64,000 bases of DNA from Geosiphon pyriformis uo1 (lineage: Eukaryota > Fungi > Glomeromycota). A program made the translations under genes and the position numbers. The notes beneath the pieces were generated by a model, which saw only the letters and a program-made list of their open reading frames with translations, did no database searches and was not told the DNA's origin. The stretch lies in assembly GCA_016748015.1 (NCBI GenBank), contig JAAOMT010000419.1:467-64466 (forward strand), given 5' to 3'. Positions 11,879 through 24,899 of the stretch are shown in pieces; within the stretch, counting starts at the first letter, position 1; the number at the start of each line of letters is the position of its first letter.

Positions 11879-13082
11879 TCAATTTAGCTCAGGATTTGAA
11901 TATTTTACTTTCTTTGGTTCAGGAGTAAATTCAAATCTGATGCAAGATTTGATGGCTTTTTTGGGGAGATAAGACAAGACAGCTAGCAAATTCATATTTT
12001 GTCTGGCTCTTTCTCTGCTAAGCAATGCTTTAAGAGTTATTCTATCTTGATATACAAATGTTTTCAAGTACACCATTAACTTGAATGCATTTATGATATC
12101 AACCTCTTGATTTCCAATGTGAAATTTGAAAATGGCATTTTGAGCATAATATATATAAAGTAAAGTCTTATCTGCTTCATTGTAAAATGCTTTTATCAAA
12201 TCCAACTAAATAGTAGTCCCATTTACGAGATCAACATACAAACAAATTCTATTTACTTCTGTTTCTGTCATATAAGTAGCAGTAGCAAGAAACTTATTAT
12301 ATTCAAATATAGTTTCTGCTACAACAACCATTTTATCTTTATGTATTGTGAATTCATTTGCCTCAAATTCAGCAATAAAAAAAGGAAATTGCTCCAAATT
12401 TTTGAAGATAACAGCTGCAAAATCAGATCTTGCAGAATCTTTTCCACTATTACCAGGAATTTGGTGCTGATATTTCCAGTTTATGTTAATACCTTTTGAA
12501 CCTATCAGGAAGGTATCTTGGTCCAGAGTTGTGTCTTAATAGAATTTTCTGAAGGCATACTTCCTGGACTTCTGCTAAAGATCAGTAAACAAAGCAAGAC
12601 AGAATTGATTGCAAAAAAGGCTATCCCTACATCGATGACACAATGTTCTTTTGTGTCAAAGGAACTTGGCACATGTTTTTCACAATGTTTTTTGCAATTA
12701 TATCACCCATAATTGCAGCTGCATGTTGAATCTGCTCATTGGAACTATCTTTGAGAACAAGCTCCAATAAGAGTATGTTAATAAATGGTGTGGGCAAAGA
12801 CATGCAAGTGGATTAAAAGCCTATAAAGAGAGACCAGTCTACAACAGACCAAATAAGCATTATGAATAAATGCCTATCCCTTTGTGATTGCTCATCATTG
12901 TAGTGATTCCTCATCTCCTTAAGGATTCTTCTGTAGAACAGAAGTGTAGCAGCAACAAGTGACATAAATAATAGGATTTCATGTAATAGGTCATTAGGAG
13001 CTGTTTGTGGACTGTTAGAGAAGAAAGTTGGGGGTTTTTCGATTGACAATTAGTTTTTTTGAAGTTTCAATGCATCTCGCAT
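11879..13082 (-). pseudogene. Degenerate gene, possible PD-(D/E)xK restriction-endonuclease-like fold
   Basis: Fragments MPSENSIKTQLWTKI and GKDSARSDFAAVIFKNLEQFPFFIAEFE..HKD show D...ExE spacing on hydrophobic beta-strands; several stops and frameshifts. Confidence 0.35.
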
Positions 13083-13189
13083 AAAAACTACTGCTTTAAT
13101 TGGCCTTAAAAGTGGCTTTAAATTCTGAACTCAAAATTTAAAGACTAATGTGACATCTCTATTGTCATATTTTTATGTTGCTGCAAATA

Positions 13190-13608
13190 GTAAGTGTCCC
13201 AGTTGTCAATGTGCTCTCACTTGTGCACCATATGCTCCCAATAATCATGGTGAGCAACTTTAAAGTTGTTTCCGATAATCCACCTCTTGGCATTTTTGTA
13301 TGATAGTTTTTTTTGTCATAGAAATGAGTCATGTTAAGAAAATTTAAAAAACAAAAATTTATTTTTGTGATTTAAATAATCGTTTATAAGTGTAAGTGTC
13401 CCAGTTGTCGATATGCCCCCACTTGCTCATGGCATACTCCTAATAATCGCGGTGGATAACTTTAACTAAAGTTGCTTCTGGTAATCCACCTCTTGGCATG
13501 TTTGTATTGGTGATAAAAAAATGTTTTTTTTTGTCAAGAAAATGGATTTGGTTAAGAAAGTTTAAAAAACAAAAATTTACTTTTGCGATTTAAATAATTG
13601 TTTATAAT
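13190..13608 (+). repeat. Diverged ~205-bp tandem duplication
   Basis: Both units start TAAGTGTCCCAGTTGTC, contain TAATCCACCTCTTGGCAT and end GATTTAAATAATyGTTTATAA. Confidence 0.85.
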
Positions 13609-14674
13609 CAGAAAAAATTTTAACGCGTCTCTGATTATAAATCATAAATATAAACAAAAACATTGTTTATAATTATGATTTAAAATTTCCTGTATTATAA
13701 ATCATATGATTTTTGTTTATTTTAATAATTTTTTTTTATTTTAACAAAATATATTACTACATTATCAAAATTTACAGAAAAAATACCCTATTTCCTGGGT
13801 ATATTTTATTTTGCTAAAAGTTTTTATTAAATAAATAAAACATGAAAACGATGCTAGTATATTTTATGGCTCCTACTAATATCTCTTCATTTTGTATATG
13901 CAGCAAACGATTGTATTTTGTTATTGTTTACGGCTATGAAATATGAACACCATGTTCTTTATGCTGCGGCCATTTACATTATTCAGTCTAGTGTATTACC
14001 CAATATTCTTAATGATTGTTCCTGCTGTAGCCCTTTATATTGTTCTCTTATCTGACTTTAAGGCAAGGGGGAAAGACTGATTTAAATTTTAGATTCAGCC
14101 AATTATAGGATTTAAAATCAAATAACTCTTTTTCTCAGTACCAGTTAAACAATATATAAACTAGCTTAGAACTTTTACCCCTCTCTCTCACCTACCCTTC
14201 TCTTTCACCTACCCCTCTCTTTCACTTACACACCAAACCAAGAAGTCGATGTACAAGTCGTTGAGCATTGGAACGAGAGTTAAAGGTCAGTATCTTTTCA
14301 CATTTTTCAGAGGATGTGAGCACCTACTGTGTTTTGATCAGACATATGCGCACACATTGTGGTAGGAAAATGGTCTGAGATTCGTGCTTATAAGCTTCGC
14401 GCTATAAGCTTCGTGCTCGGGAAAGTGGAAAATGCTTAAAGAATTAGTGAAGGTGATTCTCCCTATACTGATAGGATAGGGAAGAAGAGTCGTCCAGGTT
14501 TTATTTTCACCATGACATGCACATTTTTGCTTTACAGCAATTGTGCTATACCTCATTCTAATAGTATGGGGAAGAAGAGTGTCTGGGTCTTTACTTCTCT
14601 GTGGCGTTCACTTTTACTTTTTCTTGGCATGAGATGCATCCCGTGACTACTGGTCAAGTGGGAGGCAATCCAGA

Positions 14675-15900
14675 CTAGCATATGCTTTCTGTGGTTCGCG
14701 CTGTCTCGTATTGGCTCAATATTTTATTGATCTTCTTTTTATACCATTCTAGATTCAAAGCGTAAAGCCAAACAATGAAAAATATTAAGCTGATAGCTAT
14801 AACTGTAACTAGAGCTGAAATAAATACGATAAGCCAGGTTGGCAATCGTGACTTGGATGATACTTGGTCTCGATTCGATGCTTCTCCAGATATACCAATT
14901 TCTTGATTCGGAATATTTGGATCTAATTCGTCATTTTCTGCGTTCATAACCAGTTTGTTTATTTTTGGCAGTTTGAAATCGTTAGTTATAATTTTGTGCT
15001 CTTGAGTAAAATTACGAAATGCTATGTTGAAAACCTGGAGTGTGTCCAGGGTATTGCCACATGCCGGTGACATTTTGTAACTGGCATCTACCATAAATCT
15101 ACGGATTAATCGAATTGGGGGTAACTTTTTTTTAGGAAATTTATTTATTCAACCGACCACACTTCAAAAAATGGCAGAATTTTCACTTACGAAAAACGCA
15201 AATGAAGCCCCAGACCTTGGTTTCATTGCAGCAAACGAAATATTTGGCTATAGTTCCAGTGTGGCCATATTCACAGGGAAAAGATTAACAGGAGGATATC
15301 TAGTTTGTCCATTATATACGAGATAAAAAATAAGATTTTTTCTTACGCCAGCAGCACCATCTCAAACATCATATGGTAATTTAATATTGGGGGAAACTTA
15401 TTCGTTTCTTCGATTTGAAGTATATATTTCACGTGATTCCCAAATTAGGATTTATTTGGAAAGTAGCCCCCTAATTGCCACAAATCGCCTTTAACCAGGA
15501 TTATTATTCTACTTGGTTCATCTATGAATTCCTGCGAAATTTAAGATGGGCAGTTCCTAAACGATCTTATTAACCGCCACGAAAGATTTTCACTAGAAAC
15601 TCACGCTTTTTCGTGCCTCGCTCCAAGTCCATGGAATGGTTATCATATTCAAGAAATAAATGATTTTGAATGGGCAATCGTTTTCCATCTTTAACTCCTG
15701 TATTTCCCGGATAAACGCTCACATGATTGGATTGATTCCAAATCATGTTGGAGCGTTACTGCTTATGGAAAGGGTGGTAAATAGAAAAAGTTTGGCAAAA
15801 ATTGATTCGTCCCAATCACCAAACACATAAACTGTGTTTTTATATGTGACCGAATCGATCACTAGAGATATGGTCCATCGTTAATATTATGTTGACCATT
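14675..15900 (-). pseudogene. Kelch/galactose-oxidase-like repeat protein with C-terminal TM helix, degenerate
   Basis: Kelch-like blades IDSVTYKNTVYVFGD, DGAAGVRKNLIFYL and MKPRSGASFAF upstream; ORF 14675..15094 carries the TM helix; stops and frameshifts. Confidence 0.5.
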
Positions 15901-18900
15901 TACGCGGAAAAAATTTTTGAGTATATTGTAGAACCATTTGAATCAAACGATATTAACAGAAATAATGATAATGAGAAATATTTATCGCTGAGCTAAATGT
16001 CTTTTTTGAGTTAAACAAAACATGTAGTCAACGCGAAACCTGTGGCGTCACTCAATTCGGTATCCCATTCAAACTTGTCATTCTTCGAAGATTCGTAGTG
16101 TTGTCTGTATGAAATTTTGCCACCTAGGCATCTCGTTCAAGTCTTTGAGAAGCAAAGTGATGGGTTGCTTGGGCGTTGTGGCATCTATCTGGGTTACTCT
16201 TGGCCGCTGCTGAATGTGCCCAGGTGTCATATATGTTGCTGCCTGCCATATTATAATTGCTTTCTTGGACGGGGTGGAATCAATGTCAAAGACTCGCAAG
16301 GAATTCTTGGTCAAATAGTTACTGCCATATCAGCCAATGGACATAGTCACACTCTTAAGCGCAAACGCAGTGTTTACTATGATGTTTCTGTAAGTGAATA
16401 TTATTACGATTGCCATCATGACGTTCATGCATCGTAACAGATGTGCTTTTTTTCCCACTTCCTAGGAGTAAAGAGGCGTACCAAGGTATGGAGTTGAGGT
16501 CATTGCAATTCACAACGGCCAATTCCTAATCGTGGTAATAGCTGTTAACCAGAAACTTGAGTCTCAATGAGACCCAAGTGGTAAGTTATATGAGTCCTCC
16601 TTCAAGTAAACATGTTTAATCATGGAGGCTTTAACTCAAATTATATATGACATGATTGGCAAGGTCATTGACAATGAGCAAGTACGTCTTTGACTTAGCT
16701 AATTATTTGTTCTTCAATTCTGGTTCTGATATATTTGGCAGCCAATAATATTTGCTCAATTTATCAATAGAGAGTTTAGGATCTTGAACTCAAGCAGCCA
16801 ATTCCTGGTTGGCTTGATCATATCCACCAATATAGGCTACTTCAAGTGATTTGGCCTTGCAAATTCAAGCACCTAAGTGAGCTCACAATGAAATATCATG
16901 TATGGTTTTTCATTGAGCTAAATATCTTATTTCTCTATCGTAGTTCCACTCAGTGTCATTGTAGATGTATGTGATCTGATTTCATCACTAAGCAAGAGTT
17001 TCTGGAACTAAGAAACAACCTAACTTCATTTCTGCCACCGAATTTGATGGCGTTGGAACCATCAGTTGAAAGATGCTTTCATTTGATTTCATTGGTTGGT
17101 AATTATTTCAAATACTTAATGATCTTTTTTTCCATCCGTTCGTCAACTTCTCATTGCACCATATCTCCTTCCAGTTGGACAAGAATAGACTCAAGAAGGT
17201 GGCTAAGAGTGTGTTTACGGAGCCATAAAAGAGATTCGAAAGATTTTGGCTACTTCTAACAAGATAAAAATGAAAATCCCTTTTTTTGAATCCTCACTTA
17301 CCAATGATACAATCGCTGATGATAGCATTGTTCGGGAAGATTATAAACATTCAGATCCACTGAATACCTTATCTGAAACTGGTGGTGGAGCTCTTTCTCC
17401 CAAAATTATTCAAAATTTCCCCAAATTGCTCATTCCTGGATTTGTTTCGTCCCGATTCTTCGTTCGAGTTTTGTTAAACGTGTGCTTCGGTGGTGAGTAT
17501 TGCGGATCCACCAAGCTGGCAGAACTTGATATTCCCACCCAGTTGAATGATTTGCGTAGAATTGTAAGATGGCACGGACAATGTTGAATGTTAAGGTGAG
17601 TGGACAGATTCGACTTGAAGCCTTGAAATTTCTTGTTACGTTGCTGACGTACTTTCTTTTTCTCTTTTATGCGGAATATCCTCAGACAAACTATAGATAC
17701 CTTCACCTTGATGAAGGAACCGCCAAGAGCCAGCAACACTCTATGGATAGTGTTTAATTGCCTTCAAGGATCAAAGAGAGTGTAACCTCTAAAAAACCAC
17801 AGTCAAAAAAGAAGCAGAATCAGCAGCTGGTTGAATAAGGCGTACTTTTTTTGAGGGGAGGCGGAAGGGAGAGAGAATTATGTTTTTCGCAATTTTACAA
17901 AAACAATCACAATATCATATTGTATTGTTTCTTATAAGGATGTGTTAAGAGATTTTATGTACTTTTCAAAGGGCTCTACATACATACAACACTTCGTTAT
18001 TGAGGAAGTCATCTGAACATTAAAAATTTTCATGTTATATTTAGAAACATATTGCCTTCTTTTCTTACCCGTTTTTTTGGGAGAAAGCCGCCGTAGAATA
18101 ATGGAATCTGCGGATATTTCGTTACTAAGAGATCTTTAATGACGATATTGATGTTCATAGGTATTTCTGCTTAAAACGGAAAAAACCTAGGATATCTGGT
18201 CATTTAATACATGTACTTATTCATAAATGGAATATCTTTTAATACCGAAAATTAACTTTAAAAATAAACGCTTGAAACTTCCGTGAAAAAAAACCATCTT
18301 TTATATAGTGAAAAATGAGTACTGCTTAACATTCGTCTTCTTTTCTGAACCCAAGACTATTCTTTAACATTATTTCGCCTCAACTTATTTTGAATTTATT
18401 AATTTTAGAAACTGGGTCTAGTGATAACCAAAAACTTTTAGACCGTAAAATTCGTCTGCAACTAGTGAAAATCAATCCTGAATATTTTCATTAAACTTAT
18501 CACATGTATTTAGCAACAATTTTTTTGCTTTCTGAAGAGCTTGTGCTTTTAATAGCCAAAAAAAGACTGAAGAAATTTTATCAAGTGCAATTTTGGTTCA
18601 AAGGAATTTTAATAAAAATTTCTTTGGAAAATTATATATTCTTCAAGATCAAATAACTTGAAAATTATTAGCCAAAAAAACCATCATAGATTAGGTGAGA
18701 GAACCTATTGGTTCGAATTTGCATAAAGAAGTCCTTTTTAACCTCTCCTCAAAAGAAATAAAAGTTAACTTGAATCAAATCTTTTATTGAAAAAAAAATT
18801 GAATTTCCATTTGAAATGATATCAAATTCACTTGCTATCCCATCATAAACATAAAACTATAAAGATTGGTGTCAGATTGTAGTTACATGTATAAAGCGGG

Positions 18901-19931
18901 CATCAAAATTATGTTACACCAATTGACCAGTTTCCTGCTTTGTGATTGTTTCCTTCGCATGAGAAATTGAAACTGATGTGCTTATGCTGATGTAAGGAAT
19001 GTTCGAGGTAAATGATGCTGATGCTTAATAATTCGAATTATCCAGCAAAGGCTTGGCAATAGCTTTAGACAATTTCAGCAATTCGTATGATTGTCCATCG
19101 GAAGGCCAAAGGTTTTGCATCAAGAATAAAGGGAATTTTGAGCGAAGCATGATTTATAGGCTAAGACTAAAGTTGGCCATTTTGGAAACCATAACAAGGG
19201 TGGGAGTTGTTCTTGGTGATCAAACCAAACTTTAAAAGTTATGAATATCGGGTGAGATGGCTAATAACACACCTGCCCTTTTGGTTTTACAGGAACATTC
19301 GTATAATAAAGGGAACTCATCGAGCGGTGAATTTCTTCCCGTGTCAGCAATTAGAACCATAAATAGCCTAGTTTCTCGTGCTGAAATTCATTTGAATTGA
19401 TTGTTTTCCGCAACAATGATTTAATAGCTGGCTTTGAGAGGCATTACCGATGATATGCATATAATGAAGTGACTCTTTCTTTCGAATCTCAGATTCAAGA
19501 ATTTAAAGAATTGAGACAATTTATAAAGATTCCACGCTACAATATGGTTCGAAAATTTTTGCAAAAGTTCACTCATTGATAAAGTATGAACCGAAATGGT
19601 AAGCATAAAGGAAATCTTGTGATAGTGAACAATATTTGATGGGTTCGTTCAAAAGTAAAGTGGATTTAGGAAAGCCTGAAATAATACTGTATATCTGATA
19701 TTTGGGGGTCGAGGAAACTAAAATTTGGATATTCCACGAAAGTTTAAAATTTCGAGAAAAAAATTGGTTGGGAAGAGCACACACCAATTATTTCAGAATA
19801 TTTATCATCTAAAAATCTCCGAAAGAATCACATAAGGAAATCTCGATATTATAAAATTTTTTGGTAAGAAAAGAATGAGTAGCATGTTTTAACGAAAATT
19901 TTCTTTTCAAAATAGGATCCACTTACTGAAA

Positions 19932-20730
19932 TCAAAAATATTCCGCCAGACAAGTTGCGGCCAAGATATTGGCACGGTTGGATTTATAATCGATATTGAC
20001 ATTTAATCGATATTTCGGTGGATATGTATATTCTTCTTTTGTGATGGTACAAGATAATTTTGGAATCTCTTTTTCGAGGTGCCTTCGAATCTCCTCACCA
20101 AACATTTCAAAAATTTCATAACCTGCCAAATCAAAAAATTCAGCATTTCTTCTAACCGTACTCAGATTATGACCCTTCATGAAATCTTTCTGCGCCGCAC
20201 TTCCATTCTTAAAAAAATCCAATGTCCATGTAGTTCGCATATGACGAATGAAATCATAGATAACGTCTTTGAGATTTGCTATGAATTCGTCTACTTGTTC
20301 GGCTATGACTGTTATTGGCGGGACATTTAAGGCAGATGTAGGAATCAAAAAAAAGTCCAACTCTCGTTCAAGCTCACGACGAGTTACATTTGTCCTAGGA
20401 CTATCTCGTTCACAGAAATCTTGCCATGAAATTTTTCCGTCACGATAGAATTGCATTATATAACTAAATGGTAAACCGTCCCGATCAATAAAGTATTCGT
20501 CGCCGGTAGGATGAAGCAATGCAGCATTTCTCTTATCAAACATTGCTCCAAGGAGTGTTTCTGGATATGCAGTAAGTGTCGAACGATTTGTTTCATACTA
20601 AGATTCATCAAAGATTTCAAAAATTCATTATGCAAATTTTTGAGCAAAAAAAGAGTAGGGTGAAAATTTTTACCCTAATTCCACCAATGTTCAATACAAT
20701 CTTATCACCACTTTGCCCACTCTGAGCCAT
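19932..20730 (-). CDS. BTB/POZ (KCTD/Kv T1-type) domain protein, 240 aa, two exons (20730-20674; 20597-19932)
   Basis: Exon 1 MAQSGQSGDKIVLNIGGIR; 76-bp intron GTAAAA...TAG; exon 2 YETNRSTLTAYPETLLGAMF...EYFIDRDGLPFSYIMQFYRDGK...ELDFFLI; frame intact. Confidence 0.92.
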
Positions 20731-23700
20731 TGTTGGATTTAGTAATTTCGAGATTTTTGATTTTTTTACGACAATAGCAAAGTAGTAGTAGTAATATTAA
20801 AAATAAATATAAGGAACAACCGGAGTCTTGACTTTTTTAAGAATTTGTTGTTAGGTGTCAACAGAATAAATAGTGTCACTAAGAAAAGCACATAGAAAGA
20901 TGGTCTTACCCAGATTTTTCAATATTTCGCCGGCGTTGTACAATGATGGTCCGAGTAAGCCGGCCTTATCTAGGACACCGTGAAAGCGATCAGCAGCTTA
21001 ACCGTATTTGACTAATTTAACGCTTTCCCATATGATCATAATTTTTCACCGGGAACTTACGCAATTTATTCGAAGTCAAAATCAGTCAGTCAAATAAGTA
21101 ATGATTGTAGGAAAACCAAATTTGTTTCATTCATTGCAATTTGGATTCACCTAATTTGGTTCTAAAACAAAACAATCACCTATAATAATTTAATTTCTTC
21201 GACTCACAAGTACTTAGTGAAGTTATTTGAATTGTAAAATAGAATCAATCCTTTGTAGTAAATAAAAAACTTGATCTGGAAAAATTATAATTTATCATCC
21301 TTAATATGCGGCGTGCTGCAATAAAACCAGAGAAAGTGACTGTGGCTTGCGTGACTTGATATACGAATATGCGTCACACTGTTGGTTAAAGCCATTGTTT
21401 TTGCAACAAAACGTTTTAACCTTCACTATCGCTGACAAATAAACCCACTTATTCTTTGATCACCCGCTTCCATTATGACGTGGACTTTTTTGCAGATTGA
21501 CATCACGGCCAGTGACTCTGATAAGCTTATGGAAATAGAACAGGCCCTAGGGACAATATTTTTAAATTCAACCTGCTACTGAAACATTTTAGAACTGTTA
21601 TGCTACTTGAAAGAGAATGAAACCTGTTACTATACTGAATTTCTGAGCAAAAATTGTGATACTCTCCTTTGAATTGCTGCCTTTTTTTGAACAATTGATT
21701 CATCTTGATGGTTTCTAGGTTCATAAGTTTTTGTCAACAATTGGATTCAAGCAATTATAATTACTTGAAAAAAGGTAATGGAAAAAGTCTTGTAGATTTT
21801 TATCTTGGCTGTCAATATTCATATTGTTATAAATAACCAAACAAAATATTTTATGACTAACATGGATTTTTTAAATATGGATGGCATACAAAATTTGCAA
21901 AAATAAATTCTGAATGATATTGAAAGCTTTTAGTAAAAAAGTAAGTAATAAATTGCTTTTTTAAATTTTGATTAGTGGTAAGGTTGCTTTTTCACTTTAA
22001 TTATCATTTGAAGAGTCAAAAAATTCATTTATTGTGTCAAAATAAATATGTGCATATTTAAGGCTGTTATTGTTTTTTTATGTATTTAAGTCTATTTCAC
22101 TTTTTATTTTGTTTATATTATAGTGTTATAGCCTAAAATATTGGCCTGTATTAATTTTGCGCATTGCATTAAAATTTATATTGTTTTAAAATTCATTTAT
22201 TGTCTATTTTATGATAAATGAACAAAAAACCGCAAAAAAATATTTATATAAAGATAAAAAAAGAATAAAATTTTCAACTACAGCATTTTTAACATGTACA
22301 AATTATCACCACTTTTTAACATATTAGATAAGAAAATTCTAAAGAAATATGCAATCAATAAAATGTGAAAAAATAAAAAATAAAATTTTAATATAATTAA
22401 TAAAAATCACCAAACAATTTTAAAATTTTCTGAATTATAATTTTACATAATATATATTATTTTAAACATTAAAAATATAAATGCTTTTTGTTTTTTTTCT
22501 ATTATTTTGTTTATTATTATTTTATACACATATATTTTTAATAATAAACAAATATATGTTATGAAAAAAATTTAATTGACAAATTTTATATTAATTTACC
22601 AAATAACTGTTTTTTTTAAAAAATCAATAAAATATATAAGTTTATTTATTTTAATATTTAAAAATAAACTTTTTTTTCTTTCTTATTTTTATGACTATAC
22701 TTAAAACAAAGAGTAAAAAATTTGTAAACATCATAGTACTTGAAGTCACTGATGATATTTTTACCAAAAACACACTTACAACTATAAAACCTGCTTAATA
22801 GCATTCTATAAAAGCACTTTTCTTAAATAATATTGTAATAAGTCAATTTCTGGCTGGTTTTAAAGCACTTTTTTTGGTTTTGAATAAAAGTTTTTTTTTT
22901 CCAAAGTTTTATTAAAGTAACATATTAAAAATAGTCTTAATATAATTATTATCATTTTAAAAAATTCCAAGATTTTTAATTATAAGCCAGTAATTAAGCT
23001 GCTGTTTTTTTTGTTATCTTTTTTTAACTATTCAAAAAAAAAAAAACTTTTTTCTCTTTTTTAAGTTAGTTGTTAATTTTTTTGTAATACCAAAAAACTT
23101 TGTTTTTTTAATGTTTTTAGCATTATTTTAATTATATTGAAGTTGTTTTTTTTTTGCAAAAAATAAAGCTTTGGTTTTTTCTGTTTTTTTGGTTTTTTTA
23201 TTAATTCTATAATATTAACATTAATTATAGAACTTAATTCTATTATATAATAATAATAAATACATATTTACCAAATTTGTGTTAAATTTTGTTTTTTTGG
23301 TATATTAAATTTTAGTTAATTATTACTGGTTTTAAAAACTAAACAAGTTATATAAATTTAAATAATTAATTTATTGAATTATTAATCTTAAAAATTAGAC
23401 CAATTATATAAAAACTAAAATATATTTTTTTTTGTTTTTTAAGAATATTGTTTTTAATAATATTTAAAAAACTTTTACAATTTATTAAAAAATTTTTAAA
23501 ATGATGGTTTTTATTTTTGTACTTAATAAAACTACAATAATTAAATTAGTTTTTGTATAGTTTTTTTAATAAAAATTAAATTATTAATTAGCATAAAATT
23601 ATTTTTAATTACTATTTTTTTCAAAAGTTAATTTATACTGTTAACAAAAAATAACATACTGATATAATTTTATGTTTTATATTAGTGCTTTTAGAATTAA

Positions 23701-24899
23701 ATATTAAATATTAATTGTACTTTTTAGTAAATATTTATTTAATATATTTCACAAAAATTAACAATTATACAAATCAAAAAAAATAGTAAAAAAAAAATAA
23801 AAAAGTTGATATTATTTTTTATTAATAAGATGTAAAAAAAACTATAACAATATTAGTTTTGAATTTAAAAAACCAAACTTTTATATAAGTATTTTGGCTT
23901 TTTTTGTAATAATCAAAATTTTTAAAACATTTAAACATATAATATTTAAGATTTTTGTCTAAATTTCTGAAAACATTTTATTTAAAAATTTTAATTTTAC
24001 TAAGTTTTCTATAATATTTAAATTGTTTTTTATATAATAATTTTTTGTTTATAAATAAAACTTTTTTATTATTCTTTTAAATATATTAAAAAGAAAAAAT
24101 ATTTTGGTAGTTATATATTTAAACTTATATTTTTCTATTTTATTGCCAATTTTCTGTTTTTTTGTAACAGTTTTTTATGAATTTATAATAAAACATTTTT
24201 TTATTAATTAAAAATATATCTGTATTAAAATTAAAATGACTTTTTTTATAATTGTTTTGGTATTTTACTAAAAAATATCATAAGTATTATAACAACTAAT
24301 AACTAATTAAGTTTTTAATAATATTTTTTGATTTGTATACTATAAGTAAATTGATTATTAAATATTGTTTTATATTGGTTTTGTAATATATAAGAATTAT
24401 TGTTAATATTTTATTAATTATAGTTTTTTTATTAATTTGCGAATTTATTATCAAAAATATTGTTTCAATTTAATTTGTACTTAAAAAATAAATTATTAAT
24501 ACTTAAAAAAGTGTTTTATATATATTTTTTAGTCTTTTTTTAAATTTTTTGTAAATAATTATTAATGTTTTTACCAAAAATTTAAGATCGTTTTAAGTTT
24601 TCTTTATAAAATATTTTTATAATTAAATTTAATTATTTTTTTAAAAAGAACAAATTTAATTGTAACAATCTGTTACATAAAACAACTTTAAAAATAGCTT
24701 TAATTAGGATCGAAGTTTTTATTAAATTTTAAAAAAATAACATGTAATAATGATGTATATTATTTATTTTTATTAAACAATTAAAGTTGGATTATTAATT
24801 TTACTAAAAATAAATACAATATTTAATTATTGCAAAGTAAAAAATAAACAAATAATTGACTAAATTTTACCTAATTTTAATATTTTATACTATTGTATC

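Noticed and set aside
14041-14680. Possible solo LTR (TG start, TATATAAA, CT-rich repeats)
   Set aside because: No convincing terminal inverted repeat, TSD or second copy in the window
16078-19800. Several coding-like fragments on the minus strand
   Set aside because: Probably decayed genes, but I recognise no motif and cannot build a gene model
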